A stretch of 64,000 nucleotides of DNA from Reclinomonas americana ATCC 50394 (taxonomy: Eukaryota), in the NCBI GenBank assembly GCA_048213135.1, contig PS015009.1:1612001-1676000 (forward strand), in the 5' to 3' direction. Positions 29,381 to 37,737 of this stretch are shown here, in pieces; the first letter of the stretch is position 1; the number at the start of each line of letters is the position of its first letter. A program made the position numbers and the translations under genes. The notes beneath the pieces are model-generated. The model made no database searches. It saw only the letters and a program-made list of their open reading frames with translations, and had not been told where the DNA came from.

Positions 29381-29914
29381 GTCGGACAGTTCACTAAAGT
29401 ACTTTAACTGTATAAGTAGGTTGACATCTCGTATGGCATCAACAAAAAACCCGTTCCATAAGAACGGGCCTTTAATGAGCTGTAGGGGAATGGTTCGAAT
29501 CCGCCGTTTGGCGGACAGTTCGCTAAAGTACCTTACCCCAGAAAGTAGGTTGACATCTCGAATAGCATCAACAAAAAGCCCGTCCTATAAGAACGGGTCT
29601 TCGATTAGTTATAGGGAATGGTTCGAATCCGCCGTTTGGCGGACAGTTCGCTAAAGTACCTTACCCCAGAAAGTAGGTTGACATCTCGAATAGCATCAAC
29701 AAAAAAGCCCGTTCTATAAGAACGGGTCTTCGATTAGTTGTAGGGAATGGTTCGAATCCGCCGTTTGGCGGACAGTTCGCTAAAGTACCTTACCCCAGAA
29801 AGTAGGTTGACATCTCGAATAGCATCAACAAAAAAGCCCGTTCTATAAGAACGGGCTTTTAAATAAGCTGTAGGGGAAGGGTTCGAACCTTCACGAGGCA
29901 GTTAGCTAAAGTAC
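29381..29914 (-). repeat. ~129-bp tandem array duplicating the 3' end and terminator of the adjacent tRNA-like gene
   Basis: Anchor CAGTT-x-x-CTAAAGTAC at 29387, 29516, 29644, 29773 and 29899; four CCCGT..ATAAGAACGGG hairpins. Confidence 0.92.
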
Positions 29915-30039
29915 AAAGTTCGGTGGTCGACCCCGGTCGCTTCTGCATTGCTGCAGTTGCGGCTCTATACTTCGTTTATCCTGTGATCCTCACCCCCGAG
30001 ACAAGGGGGCATGTCTGCCAAAAATTTCATCACCCCACA
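29868..30039 (-). ncRNA. tRNA-like RNA (GUC anticodon-like loop) with ~100-nt structured variable arm
   Basis: Acceptor TGTGGGG/CCCTACA, D-arm ATG..TGGCAGA.CAT, stem CCCCC-TTGTCTC-GGGGG, T-arm GAAGG-TTCGAAC-CCTTC; promoter upstream and terminator downstream. Confidence 0.8.
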
Positions 30040-30040
30040 G

Positions 30041-30080
30041 TGTAAAAGAACTTTATCAGTTGCTTGTGAATACAAATCTA
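30041..30080 (-). promoter_or_regulatory. Promoter (TAGATTTG, 30073-30080) and boxA-like leader (AAGTTCTTTTACA) of the tRNA-like gene
   Basis: TAnnTTTG match; GTTCTTT motif typical of stable-RNA leaders. Confidence 0.6.
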
Positions 30081-30188
30081 GCATAATTGTCAATATGTTG
30101 GAAATATTTTATAAAAAATTTGGAAAATATAGAAATATATCAAATATTTGTATGTAATATTGAAAATATTTAAAAACACGTAACGAAA

Positions 30189-30665
30189 ATGGCTGCTAAA
30201 TTGAATCTTGACAAACTGGATCTCCAGATCATCCACGAGATGATGGAAACCGCGGAGATATCTTACGCCGAACTGGGCAAAAAACTGTTCGTAAGCGGCG
30301 GTACCATTCATGTACGGATAAAGAAACTACAGGAGTTCGGTATAGTTAAAGGTACAAAATTGAACGTAGACCTGAAACAACTGGGTTATGATATTACCGC
30401 TTTTGTAGGTATTTACCTGGAAAAAAGTTCACTCTACGATACTGTGGCCAAAGACCTGATGAAGATACCAGAGATCATACGACTGAATTACATCACCGGT
30501 AATTACAGCATGTTCATCGAAATCGTTTGTAAAGACATCAACCAGCTTCGTTTTGTTTTGCACGACGAACTGCAGAAAATAAAAGGCATCGAACGTACAG
30601 AAACCTTTATTTCACTGGAAGAAGGATTTAACAGGAATGTCCGCGTGGCACCGGAAGAGAATTGA
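30189..30665 (+). CDS. Lrp/AsnC family transcriptional regulator (AsnC-like)
   Basis: 'LDKLDLQII...SYAELGKKLFVSGGTIHVRIKKL', 'LGYDITAFVGIYLEKS'. Confidence 0.92.
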   Translation: MAAKLNLDKLDLQIIHEMMETAEISYAELGKKLFVSGGTIHVRIKKLQEFGIVKGTKLNVDLKQLGYDITAFVGIYLEKSSLYDTVAKDLMKIPEIIRLNYITGNYSMFIEIVCKDINQLRFVLHDELQKIKGIERTETFISLEEGFNRNVRVAPEEN

Positions 30666-30674
30666 TCGCAACGA

Positions 30675-31787
30675 TTAATTGTCGGCCGCCCTTACATCCA
30701 GGGCATCACGCAGTCCGTTCCCCAGCAGGTTAAAAGCCAGCACCAGCAACATGATGGCAAAACCCGGTATCAGTGCCAGCATGGGATTGTGTGTGATAAT
30801 GAAATTATAGTTCTCCTTAATCATAAGTCCCCAGCTCGGTTGCGGTGGTTGTACGCCAATGCCCAGGAAACTGAGCCCGGCTTCCACCATAATGGCCGTG
30901 GCGAAATTGCCTGCGGCGATCACCATTACCGGCCCCATGATATTGGGAAGAATATGCCTGGCTATGATCCTCCCGTTTCTTAGTCCAAGCGCTCTTGCGG
31001 CCTGGATATATTCCAGCTCCTTAATCGCCAGCACCTGCCCGCGTATGAGCCTGGCCACACTCACCCACATGGTAAGCCCTACAGCAATGAATATTTGCCA
31101 GAACCCTTTGCCCATGGCCATGGTAATGGCAAATACCAGTAACAGCGTGGGAATACTCCAGGTAACATTTACGAGCCACATGATAATTTCGTCTGCCCAT
31201 CCCCGGTAGTATCCGGCCAGCGCACCCAATACAATGCCCAGGGTAAGGGAAATGAGTACCGCGATAAGTCCTACGGCCAGGCTGACACGGGTGCCGATGA
31301 TGAGCCGGCTGAGGATATCGCGGCCAAACTTATCGGTGCCGAGCAGGTACCTGCGGGTTACGATATGCTCCTGCAGGCGGTTGGGGTTACTGCCTGTCAA
31401 CTGTAAAATGGAATAGTGTTGTATTACGGTCGTGTCTTCGTCAATGTATTTATTCACCAGCAGGCTGTCGCCATTTACACGATAACCCTGTATAGGGATA
31501 TAACGGTAACGGTTAGGCGTACCATTGACAAAACGATTGATAAATGACTGCTCTTCTCCGGGTACGGCTTGCGGCACTTTAAGGAATTGCTGTGTGTAGC
31601 CCGGTTTTTTGGCCTGTATTTCCACCGTTTGCCAGTCGGCATAGGGACTGTTGTCCGGCGCGATCACATAAGAAAAAACAGCGGTGAGCACAGCCAGCAC
31701 GATCACCAGCAGGCCAAACATGGCGCCCTTATTGCGTGCAAGCCTTTTCCAGGCCTGCCGGCTGAATGAGAATGATGAACCCGGCAT
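30675..31787 (-). CDS. Oligopeptide/dipeptide ABC transporter permease (OppC/DppC-like)
   Basis: 'LGTDKFGRDILSR', EAA-like 'EYIQAARALG', 'EAGLSFLGIG'. Confidence 0.92.
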   Translation of the reverse strand: MPGSSFSFSRQAWKRLARNKGAMFGLLVIVLAVLTAVFSYVIAPDNSPYADWQTVEIQAKKPGYTQQFLKVPQAVPGEEQSFINRFVNGTPNRYRYIPIQGYRVNGDSLLVNKYIDEDTTVIQHYSILQLTGSNPNRLQEHIVTRRYLLGTDKFGRDILSRLIIGTRVSLAVGLIAVLISLTLGIVLGALAGYYRGWADEIIMWLVNVTWSIPTLLLVFAITMAMGKGFWQIFIAVGLTMWVSVARLIRGQVLAIKELEYIQAARALGLRNGRIIARHILPNIMGPVMVIAAGNFATAIMVEAGLSFLGIGVQPPQPSWGLMIKENYNFIITHNPMLALIPGFAIMLLVLAFNLLGNGLRDALDVRAADN

Positions 31788-31810
31788 GGGCCTAAATTAC
31801 AATCATTTTA

Positions 31811-33298
31811 TTAATCGAGCAGGTGCAGTAATTGAGCGGTGCGAAGCCGTACAGTGCGGCAAAGCTCCGGGTCATCGGCTAAAGACAGGCCATAGCTCGG
31901 TATCATGGTTTTGAGTTTGCTCTCCCACGCGGGTGATTGCATTTGTTCCGCGAAACATTTTTTCAATACGCTGATCATGATCGATACGGCTGTAGATGCA
32001 CCCGGTGAAGCACCCAGCAGGGCTGCCAGCGAACCATCGCCTGCCGCTACAATCTCGGTACCGAATTCAAGCACACCGCCTTCTTCCTTATCTTTTTTGA
32101 TCACCTGTACCCGCTGCCCGGCGATGGCCAGTTCCCAGTCTTCCGCCACAGCCTGTGGCAGGTATTCTTTCAACGCGGCAATACGGTCTTCCTGCGATTG
32201 CGCTACCTGTTGTATCAGGTATTTGGTCAGCGGCAGGTTGTGCCAGCCGGCGGAAAGCATGGGTATGATGTTGTCGAACTCGATGGATAAAGGCAGATCG
32301 AGATAAGAACCGTGTTTCAGGAATTTGGTGGAAAAACCGGCAAAAGGCCCGAAGAGCAAAGCTTTTTTTCCGCCGATGATACGGGTGTCGAGGTGGGGTA
32401 CACTCATGGGTGGTGCACCAACAGACGCTTTGCCATATACCTTGGCATTGTGCTTTTTAATAAGTTCTTCGTTGTGGCACACCAACCACTGCCCGCTGAT
32501 GGGAAAGCCGCCATAGCCCTCTGCTTCTGGGATGTCTGACTTTTCGAGCAGGGGCAGACTTCCGCCGCCGGCGCCAATGAAAACGAATTTGGTGAACACT
32601 TTGTTCTTCGCACCGGAACCGAGGTCTTTTACTTTTACCTCCCAGCGGCCATCCTCTTCCTTGTCGAGGTCCCTGATCTCGTGGTTCAGGAAAACCGATA
32701 CCCCGTCGGCCTGGTTGAGGTAACTGATCATGGCACGGGTAAGAGCGCCGAAGTTGACATCCGTGCCTATATCCATACGTGTGGCGGCAACCGGTTCATT
32801 ATTTTTTCGACCTTCCATGATCAGTGGCATCCATTGTTCCAGCGTGGCGGGGTCTTCCGCATATTGCATACCTTCAAACAAGGGGCAGGAGCGCAGGGCC
32901 TCATATCTTTTTTTCAGGTAAGCGGCATTATCGCTGCCCCACACAAAACTCATGTGCGGTATGTTGTTGATGAACTGTTCGGGGCTTTGAAGATAGCGCT
33001 GTTGTAAAAGATAGGCCCAAAACTGTTTGGATACCTCAAACTGCGAGGCCACCTTCATTGCTTTCTCTGTGTCGATGCTGCCATCTTCTTTTTCCGGTGT
33101 ATAATTCAGTTCACAAAAAGCGGAATGTCCCGTGCCGGCATTGTTCCAGGCATCGGAGCTTTCGCCCGACACTTCGGGTAAACGTTCATAAATATGTATG
33201 CTGATGCCCGGATCGAGTTCTTTCAGCAGCACGGCAAGCGTGGCGCTCATGATACCGGCGCCTATAAGGACAACATCAGGGTTGGAGGTGTTGGTCAT
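31811..33298 (-). CDS. mqo: Malate:quinone oxidoreductase
   Basis: 'IGAGIMSATL', 'WNNAGTGHS', 'PPMSVPHLDTR', 'LLGASPGAST'. Confidence 0.96.
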   Translation of the reverse strand: MTNTSNPDVVLIGAGIMSATLAVLLKELDPGISIHIYERLPEVSGESSDAWNNAGTGHSAFCELNYTPEKEDGSIDTEKAMKVASQFEVSKQFWAYLLQQRYLQSPEQFINNIPHMSFVWGSDNAAYLKKRYEALRSCPLFEGMQYAEDPATLEQWMPLIMEGRKNNEPVAATRMDIGTDVNFGALTRAMISYLNQADGVSVFLNHEIRDLDKEEDGRWEVKVKDLGSGAKNKVFTKFVFIGAGGGSLPLLEKSDIPEAEGYGGFPISGQWLVCHNEELIKKHNAKVYGKASVGAPPMSVPHLDTRIIGGKKALLFGPFAGFSTKFLKHGSYLDLPLSIEFDNIIPMLSAGWHNLPLTKYLIQQVAQSQEDRIAALKEYLPQAVAEDWELAIAGQRVQVIKKDKEEGGVLEFGTEIVAAGDGSLAALLGASPGASTAVSIMISVLKKCFAEQMQSPAWESKLKTMIPSYGLSLADDPELCRTVRLRTAQLLHLLD

Positions 33299-33364
33299 GG
33301 GAGGAAGTTAAAACGCAAAATTAAAAAGGAAAAATTGTATGACTGATAATCATTTGTCTGTGTA

Positions 33365-33617
33365 ATTCACCCACCACGCGTTCCTCCGGAACGTACCCGG
33401 TTGCCACGGCAACGGGGCTACCCGCCCAATGTCCCGATGGGACATGTAAGGAAATTATTTGTTCCGCCTTTATGCCCGGATGTAAGACGCAGGGTTCTTG
33501 TAGTCCTGATTGCTATGGTAAAGAGTGATTGAAATATATCATGTCCCATCGGGATATTTGGCAGGTAGAAACCGGAGGTTTCGGGTTGCGTTCCGGAGGA
33601 ACGCGTGGTGGGTGAAT
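33365..33617. repeat. ~253-bp palindromic element with long terminal inverted repeats (REP/MITE-like)
   Basis: ATTCACCCACCACGCGTTCCTCCGGAACG...CGTTCCGGAGGAACGCGTGGTGGGTGAAT, plus inner inverted pair GTCCCGATGGGACATG / CATGTCCCATCGGGAT. Confidence 0.85.
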
Positions 33618-33627
33618 CAGCAGGTGA

Positions 33628-34791
33628 TCATTTTACCTGCCGTCCCTTCCATTGATAGGAACCAAAAGTGCCGAGCCAGCCGGCAATAATGGTATACAGG
33701 ATATGAAAAGGCTGCATCAGCGGGAACCAATACAGTAACCAGGTTTTTCCAAAGAAACGGGCCACGGGGAAAAGGAAAAAAAGTTCTGTAACCGTCTTCA
33801 GCAACAGCAGTACCATCCAGGCGCTGAGTATTGAATATTGAATATTGAATATTGTGTATTGACAATTACAAAAAAGCGACAGTACCGGGAGAGCGAGCAG
33901 CATTACATTAAAGAGGTATACCAGCAGCAATACAAAAAATATTCTTTTATCATCATAATGCCCGGCTTTGCTGGCCCAGCGGATTCGCTGGTTAAAAAAA
34001 CCACGGATGCTTTGTACCGGCGCCGTATGTACAATGGCATCCTTTGATTTCAGGAACTGCACTTTTTCCGGGTGGCGCAGGTAGAGTTTGTGCATGAGGA
34101 GCATATCATCACCGCTGGCGATATTGTCGATGCCTTCAAAGCCGTTCACTTCATGAAATGCCTGCTTACTGTAAGCCAGGTTGGCGCCATTGCACATGCT
34201 GTGCAGTTTTAGTTGTACCGATGCTCCTGTGATACCCTGCAATGTGAGAAAGTCCAGTGACTGGAAGATCTCAATAAAACGGCGGCCTTCGCTGATGGCT
34301 ACGGGTGCTGCAATGAACACCGGTTGCCTGGCGTCATATAAGGAAGCAAGTTGCTGTAACCAATGTGGCGGAGCGATACAATCCGCATCGGTACACACGA
34401 TCAGGTCGCCGGAAGCCTGTTGTACCGCCACATCTATGGCTTTCTTTTTATAAGAGTTTTGCTGGCCGGAGGTGTGATCGCTGAGTTGTATGAGTTTTAC
34501 CTGCGTGGGGGGAAAGGAGTTCACGACGGAAGCTGTATTGTCGGTGGAGTGATCATTCACCACAATGATCTCGTACAGCTGTGCCGGGTAGCTGCCCTGG
34601 AGTATGGAACGGATACAAGGGCCGATGGATTGTTCCTCATTACGTGCTGGTATAACAACGGTAATACGGGTGGAAACGGGTGTACCCGTACTTTGTCCGG
34701 GGGGCAATTGCTGCCAGCCATAGCGGTAATACAACAGCAGGATGCCATAGCATACAAATAAAATATAAGTGATGATCAATACCGCTGACAT
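33628..34791 (-). CDS. Glycosyltransferase family 2, membrane-bound
   Basis: 'VVIPARNEE', 'TDAD', 'SGDD', 'QRIRW'. Confidence 0.92.
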   Translation of the reverse strand: MSAVLIITYILFVCYGILLLYYRYGWQQLPPGQSTGTPVSTRITVVIPARNEEQSIGPCIRSILQGSYPAQLYEIIVVNDHSTDNTASVVNSFPPTQVKLIQLSDHTSGQQNSYKKKAIDVAVQQASGDLIVCTDADCIAPPHWLQQLASLYDARQPVFIAAPVAISEGRRFIEIFQSLDFLTLQGITGASVQLKLHSMCNGANLAYSKQAFHEVNGFEGIDNIASGDDMLLMHKLYLRHPEKVQFLKSKDAIVHTAPVQSIRGFFNQRIRWASKAGHYDDKRIFFVLLLVYLFNVMLLALPVLSLFCNCQYTIFNIQYSILSAWMVLLLLKTVTELFFLFPVARFFGKTWLLYWFPLMQPFHILYTIIAGWLGTFGSYQWKGRQVK

Positions 34792-34895
34792 ACAGGCTGA
34801 TAAACGATTTGCGGTACAAGTGAGTGACACAACGATGCCGCCACCTGCACTGCCGCCGGGGCCAAAAATAAATTTTAATAAATCAAATTAAGTAT

Positions 34896-34924
34896 TATCT
34901 TTGAATAGTTGCTTAAACAACTAT
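34896..34924 (+). promoter_or_regulatory. Promoter TATCTTTG plus palindromic operator ATAGTTG-N6-CAACTAT
   Basis: Perfect 7-bp inverted repeat between the -7 element and the marR ATG. Confidence 0.65.
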
Positions 34925-35365
34925 ATGTCAAACAACCAATTTAAAAGAGGAGAATTATACAGCTTCATCACGGGGAAGGCCAGTACCGCGATTGCCCGTC
35001 GTTTGCAGAAGAATTTCAAACAGGCGAACGTGGAAATAACGATTGAACAATGGAGCGTGCTGTATCACCTGTGGAAAGAGGACGGGTTGAGCCAACAGCA
35101 GTTGTGCGACGCCACGTTCCGCGATAAGCCGAGCATCACCAGGCTCGTAGACAACCTGGAAAAATTGAAACTGGTGAAACGCGTACCATCGAAAGATGAC
35201 CGCCGCATTAATATGATCTATCTCACCAAAGAAGCGCAGCAGTTACAGGAACAATCACTCGAGATCGCCAACAAAACACTGAATGAAGCACTGGAAGGAG
35301 TTACCAACGGGCAGATAGAAATAGCGAAGGAGGTGCTGCAGCAGGTGTATGATAATCTTAAGTGA
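34925..35365 (+). CDS. MarR family transcriptional regulator
   Basis: 'ITIEQWSVL', 'ITRLVDNLEK', 'DDRR'. Confidence 0.93.
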   Translation: MSNNQFKRGELYSFITGKASTAIARRLQKNFKQANVEITIEQWSVLYHLWKEDGLSQQQLCDATFRDKPSITRLVDNLEKLKLVKRVPSKDDRRINMIYLTKEAQQLQEQSLEIANKTLNEALEGVTNGQIEIAKEVLQQVYDNLK

Positions 35366-35433
35366 TTCTTTTGGACGAGACCCCTCCTGGCGTCGGGTGA
35401 CGGGACTCCAATAAAATTAAAAAAACTAATACA

Positions 35434-37227
35434 ATGAATACAGTCAACCCAACCACAACATCCCTTAAAGGCGGTGAATGGTTAATTAAGGAAAGCAACG
35501 CGTTTGAAACGTATACGCCGGAAGACTTCAACGAGGAGCAACTGATGGTAAAGGACATGTGCCTGCAGTTCCTGGGTACGGAAGTGCTGCCCATCGTTGA
35601 CCGTATTGATAAGATGGAACCCGGACTGATGCCCTCACTGATGGAAAAAGCCGGTGAGCAGGGATTGCTGGGCTCGTCCATTCCTGAAGACCTGGGCGGA
35701 CTGGGTAAGGATTTCATTACCTCCACCCTGGTGAATGAAGGCCTGGGCGGCGGTTTCTCTTTCAGCGTGGCCATTGCGGCGCATACCGGTATTGGTACGC
35801 TGCCCATCCTGTATTTCGGTACGGAAGAGCAAAAGAAAAAGTACATACCCAAACTGGCAAGCGGCGAATGGAAAGGCGCTTACGGTTTAACGGAACCCAA
35901 CAGCGGCAGCGATGCGCTGGGTGCTAAAACAACAGCGAAACTGTCAGACGACGGTAAACATTATATTCTCAACGGGCAAAAATGCTGGATCACCAATGGC
36001 GGTTTTGCAGATGTGTATACTGTTTTCGCCAAAATAGACGGCGACAAATTTTCCGCTTTCATCGTGGAACGCGGTATGGAAGGTTTTACACAGGGACCGG
36101 AAGAACATAAGATGGGCATTAAAGGTTCATCAACCGTTCAGCTGTATTTCCAGGATTGTAAAGTACCGGCTGAAAACCTGCTGGGTGAGGTTGGAAAAGG
36201 ACATATCATCGCGTTCAACATCCTCAACATTGGCAGGCTGAAACTTTGCGCAGCGGCTATCGGCGGTTCCAAAACTTCACTGAGCACCACCATTGAATAC
36301 GCCAATACACGTGAACAATTTAAAACGGCGATCGCCAACTTCGGCGCTATTAAATACAAGCTGGCCGAAATGGCGATCCGCATCTTCGCCAGTGAAAGCG
36401 CCCTGTACCGTACCAGCAAATGGATAGACGATAAGGAAGTATTACTGGCGGCAGAGGGCAAACCTTTTAATGAGGCTTTGCTCGGCGCCGCGGAAGAGTA
36501 TGCGGTAGAATGCGCCATATTAAAAGTGCACGGCAGTGAAGTGCTGGACTATACGGTAGATGAAGGTGTACAAGTGCATGGCGGCAATGGCTTCAGCGAT
36601 GAATACATCATCAGCCGGGCTTACCGCGACAGCCGTATCAACCGCATTTACGAAGGCACCAACGAGATCAACCGCCTGCTTACTGTAGACATGATCCTCA
36701 AAAGGGCCATGAAAGGTAAGCTTGACCTGATGGGCCCGGCCATGGCGGTGAGTAAAGAACTGATGAGCATTCCTGAATTTGGTAATGAAGATGAAGGCGC
36801 TTTCGCGAAAGAAAAGAAAGCCATCGTGAATATGAAGAAATCAATATTGATGGTGGCCGGCGCTGCAGTACAAAAACTGATGATGAAGATCCAGGACGAA
36901 CAGGAAATACTGATGAATATCGCCGATATGGCTATTGAAACCTTCGTAGCGGAAAGTACCTTGCTGCGGGTGATCAAACTGGCTGACAAACAAGGCGAGG
37001 CTGCCGCCCAATTACAAATTGATATGATGCGCTGTTACCTGAACGACGCCAATGATAAAGTGAACAAAGCAGGTAAGGAAGCGATCAATGCTTTTGCCAG
37101 CGGCGATGAACAGCGTATGATGCTGCTGGGACTGAAGCGCTTTACCAAGATTGAACCCTTCAACAGTAAAGATGCCAGGAGGCGTGTGGCGGATAAGCTG
37201 ATTGCGGAGAATAAGTATCCGTGGTAA
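35434..37227 (+). CDS. Acyl-CoA dehydrogenase (FadE-like)
   Basis: 'YGLTEPNSGSDA', 'NGQKCWITNG', 'QVHGGNG', 'RIYEGTNEI'. Confidence 0.96.
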   Translation: MNTVNPTTTSLKGGEWLIKESNAFETYTPEDFNEEQLMVKDMCLQFLGTEVLPIVDRIDKMEPGLMPSLMEKAGEQGLLGSSIPEDLGGLGKDFITSTLVNEGLGGGFSFSVAIAAHTGIGTLPILYFGTEEQKKKYIPKLASGEWKGAYGLTEPNSGSDALGAKTTAKLSDDGKHYILNGQKCWITNGGFADVYTVFAKIDGDKFSAFIVERGMEGFTQGPEEHKMGIKGSSTVQLYFQDCKVPAENLLGEVGKGHIIAFNILNIGRLKLCAAAIGGSKTSLSTTIEYANTREQFKTAIANFGAIKYKLAEMAIRIFASESALYRTSKWIDDKEVLLAAEGKPFNEALLGAAEEYAVECAILKVHGSEVLDYTVDEGVQVHGGNGFSDEYIISRAYRDSRINRIYEGTNEINRLLTVDMILKRAMKGKLDLMGPAMAVSKELMSIPEFGNEDEGAFAKEKKAIVNMKKSILMVAGAAVQKLMMKIQDEQEILMNIADMAIETFVAESTLLRVIKLADKQGEAAAQLQIDMMRCYLNDANDKVNKAGKEAINAFASGDEQRMMLLGLKRFTKIEPFNSKDARRRVADKLIAENKYPW

Positions 37228-37260
37228 GGAAAAAGGAAAAGTTCAAAAGTTAAAAGTCAA

Positions 37261-37295
37261 AAAAGGGGGCCTGCTGTTGCACGGTCCCCTTTTTA
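37261..37295. terminator. Bidirectional terminator within heptamer repeats
   Basis: AAAAGGGGGCC...GGTCCCCTTTT between convergent genes. Confidence 0.65.
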
Positions 37296-37667
37296 ATTTT
37301 TACTTTTGAATTTGATAACTCCTTTCTGATACAATGCCAACGTATCCTGCATTACATCTTTTATGACCTCCATGGGCAAATCTTCTGCCGGGTTAAGAAG
37401 TAATATCTTCATGCGTGCCCTTTTCTCCTGCACCAGCAATGGATGCTCAACCAGCTTTCCTTCCACGATGCCGATATAAGGCTGCAGTAACTGTTTATGC
37501 ACCCACAGGTAGGCGAACATTTTTCCTTTATAACAAAAGAAGGGCATGCCATATTTCCAGGCTTCGGTAATATGAGGATCAAGTTGCAGTATATATTGCC
37601 GCAGGAACTGGAGACAGCTTTTAACCGGCTCATCCTTTTGAAGATAGTATTGATCGATGGGGCGCAT
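37293..37667 (-). CDS. DUF1801 (YdhG-like) protein
   Basis: 'LRQYIL...EAWKYGMPFF'. Confidence 0.8.
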   Translation of the reverse strand: MRPIDQYYLQKDEPVKSCLQFLRQYILQLDPHITEAWKYGMPFFCYKGKMFAYLWVHKQLLQPYIGIVEGKLVEHPLLVQEKRARMKILLLNPAEDLPMEVIKDVMQDTLALYQKGVIKFKSKN

Positions 37668-37737
37668 TTACAATGTGAAAATAGAAAGATAACCGTTACA
37701 ATGCCGGTTATTCATCCGATTCCTGCGCAATGACGGA

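Noticed and set aside
29304-29654. 116-aa ORF in the ORF track
   Set aside because: It is a translation of the terminator and tandem repeat, with a weak start and repeat-derived peptide.
24900-29900. Integrated genomic island at the 3' end of the tRNA-like gene
   Set aside because: No integrase is present, and I found no same-orientation copy of the RNA 3' end at the far boundary near 24.9 kb.
29381-29914. CRISPR array
   Set aside because: The units are near-identical along their whole length, there are no unique spacers and no cas genes are present.
29868-30039. tmRNA, tRNA-Sec or intron-containing tRNA
   Set aside because: It is too short for tmRNA, has a full anticodon-like arm and lacks the Ala G3-U70 pair. 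The anticodon is not UCA. The insert lies in the variable region and is far shorter than a group I intron.
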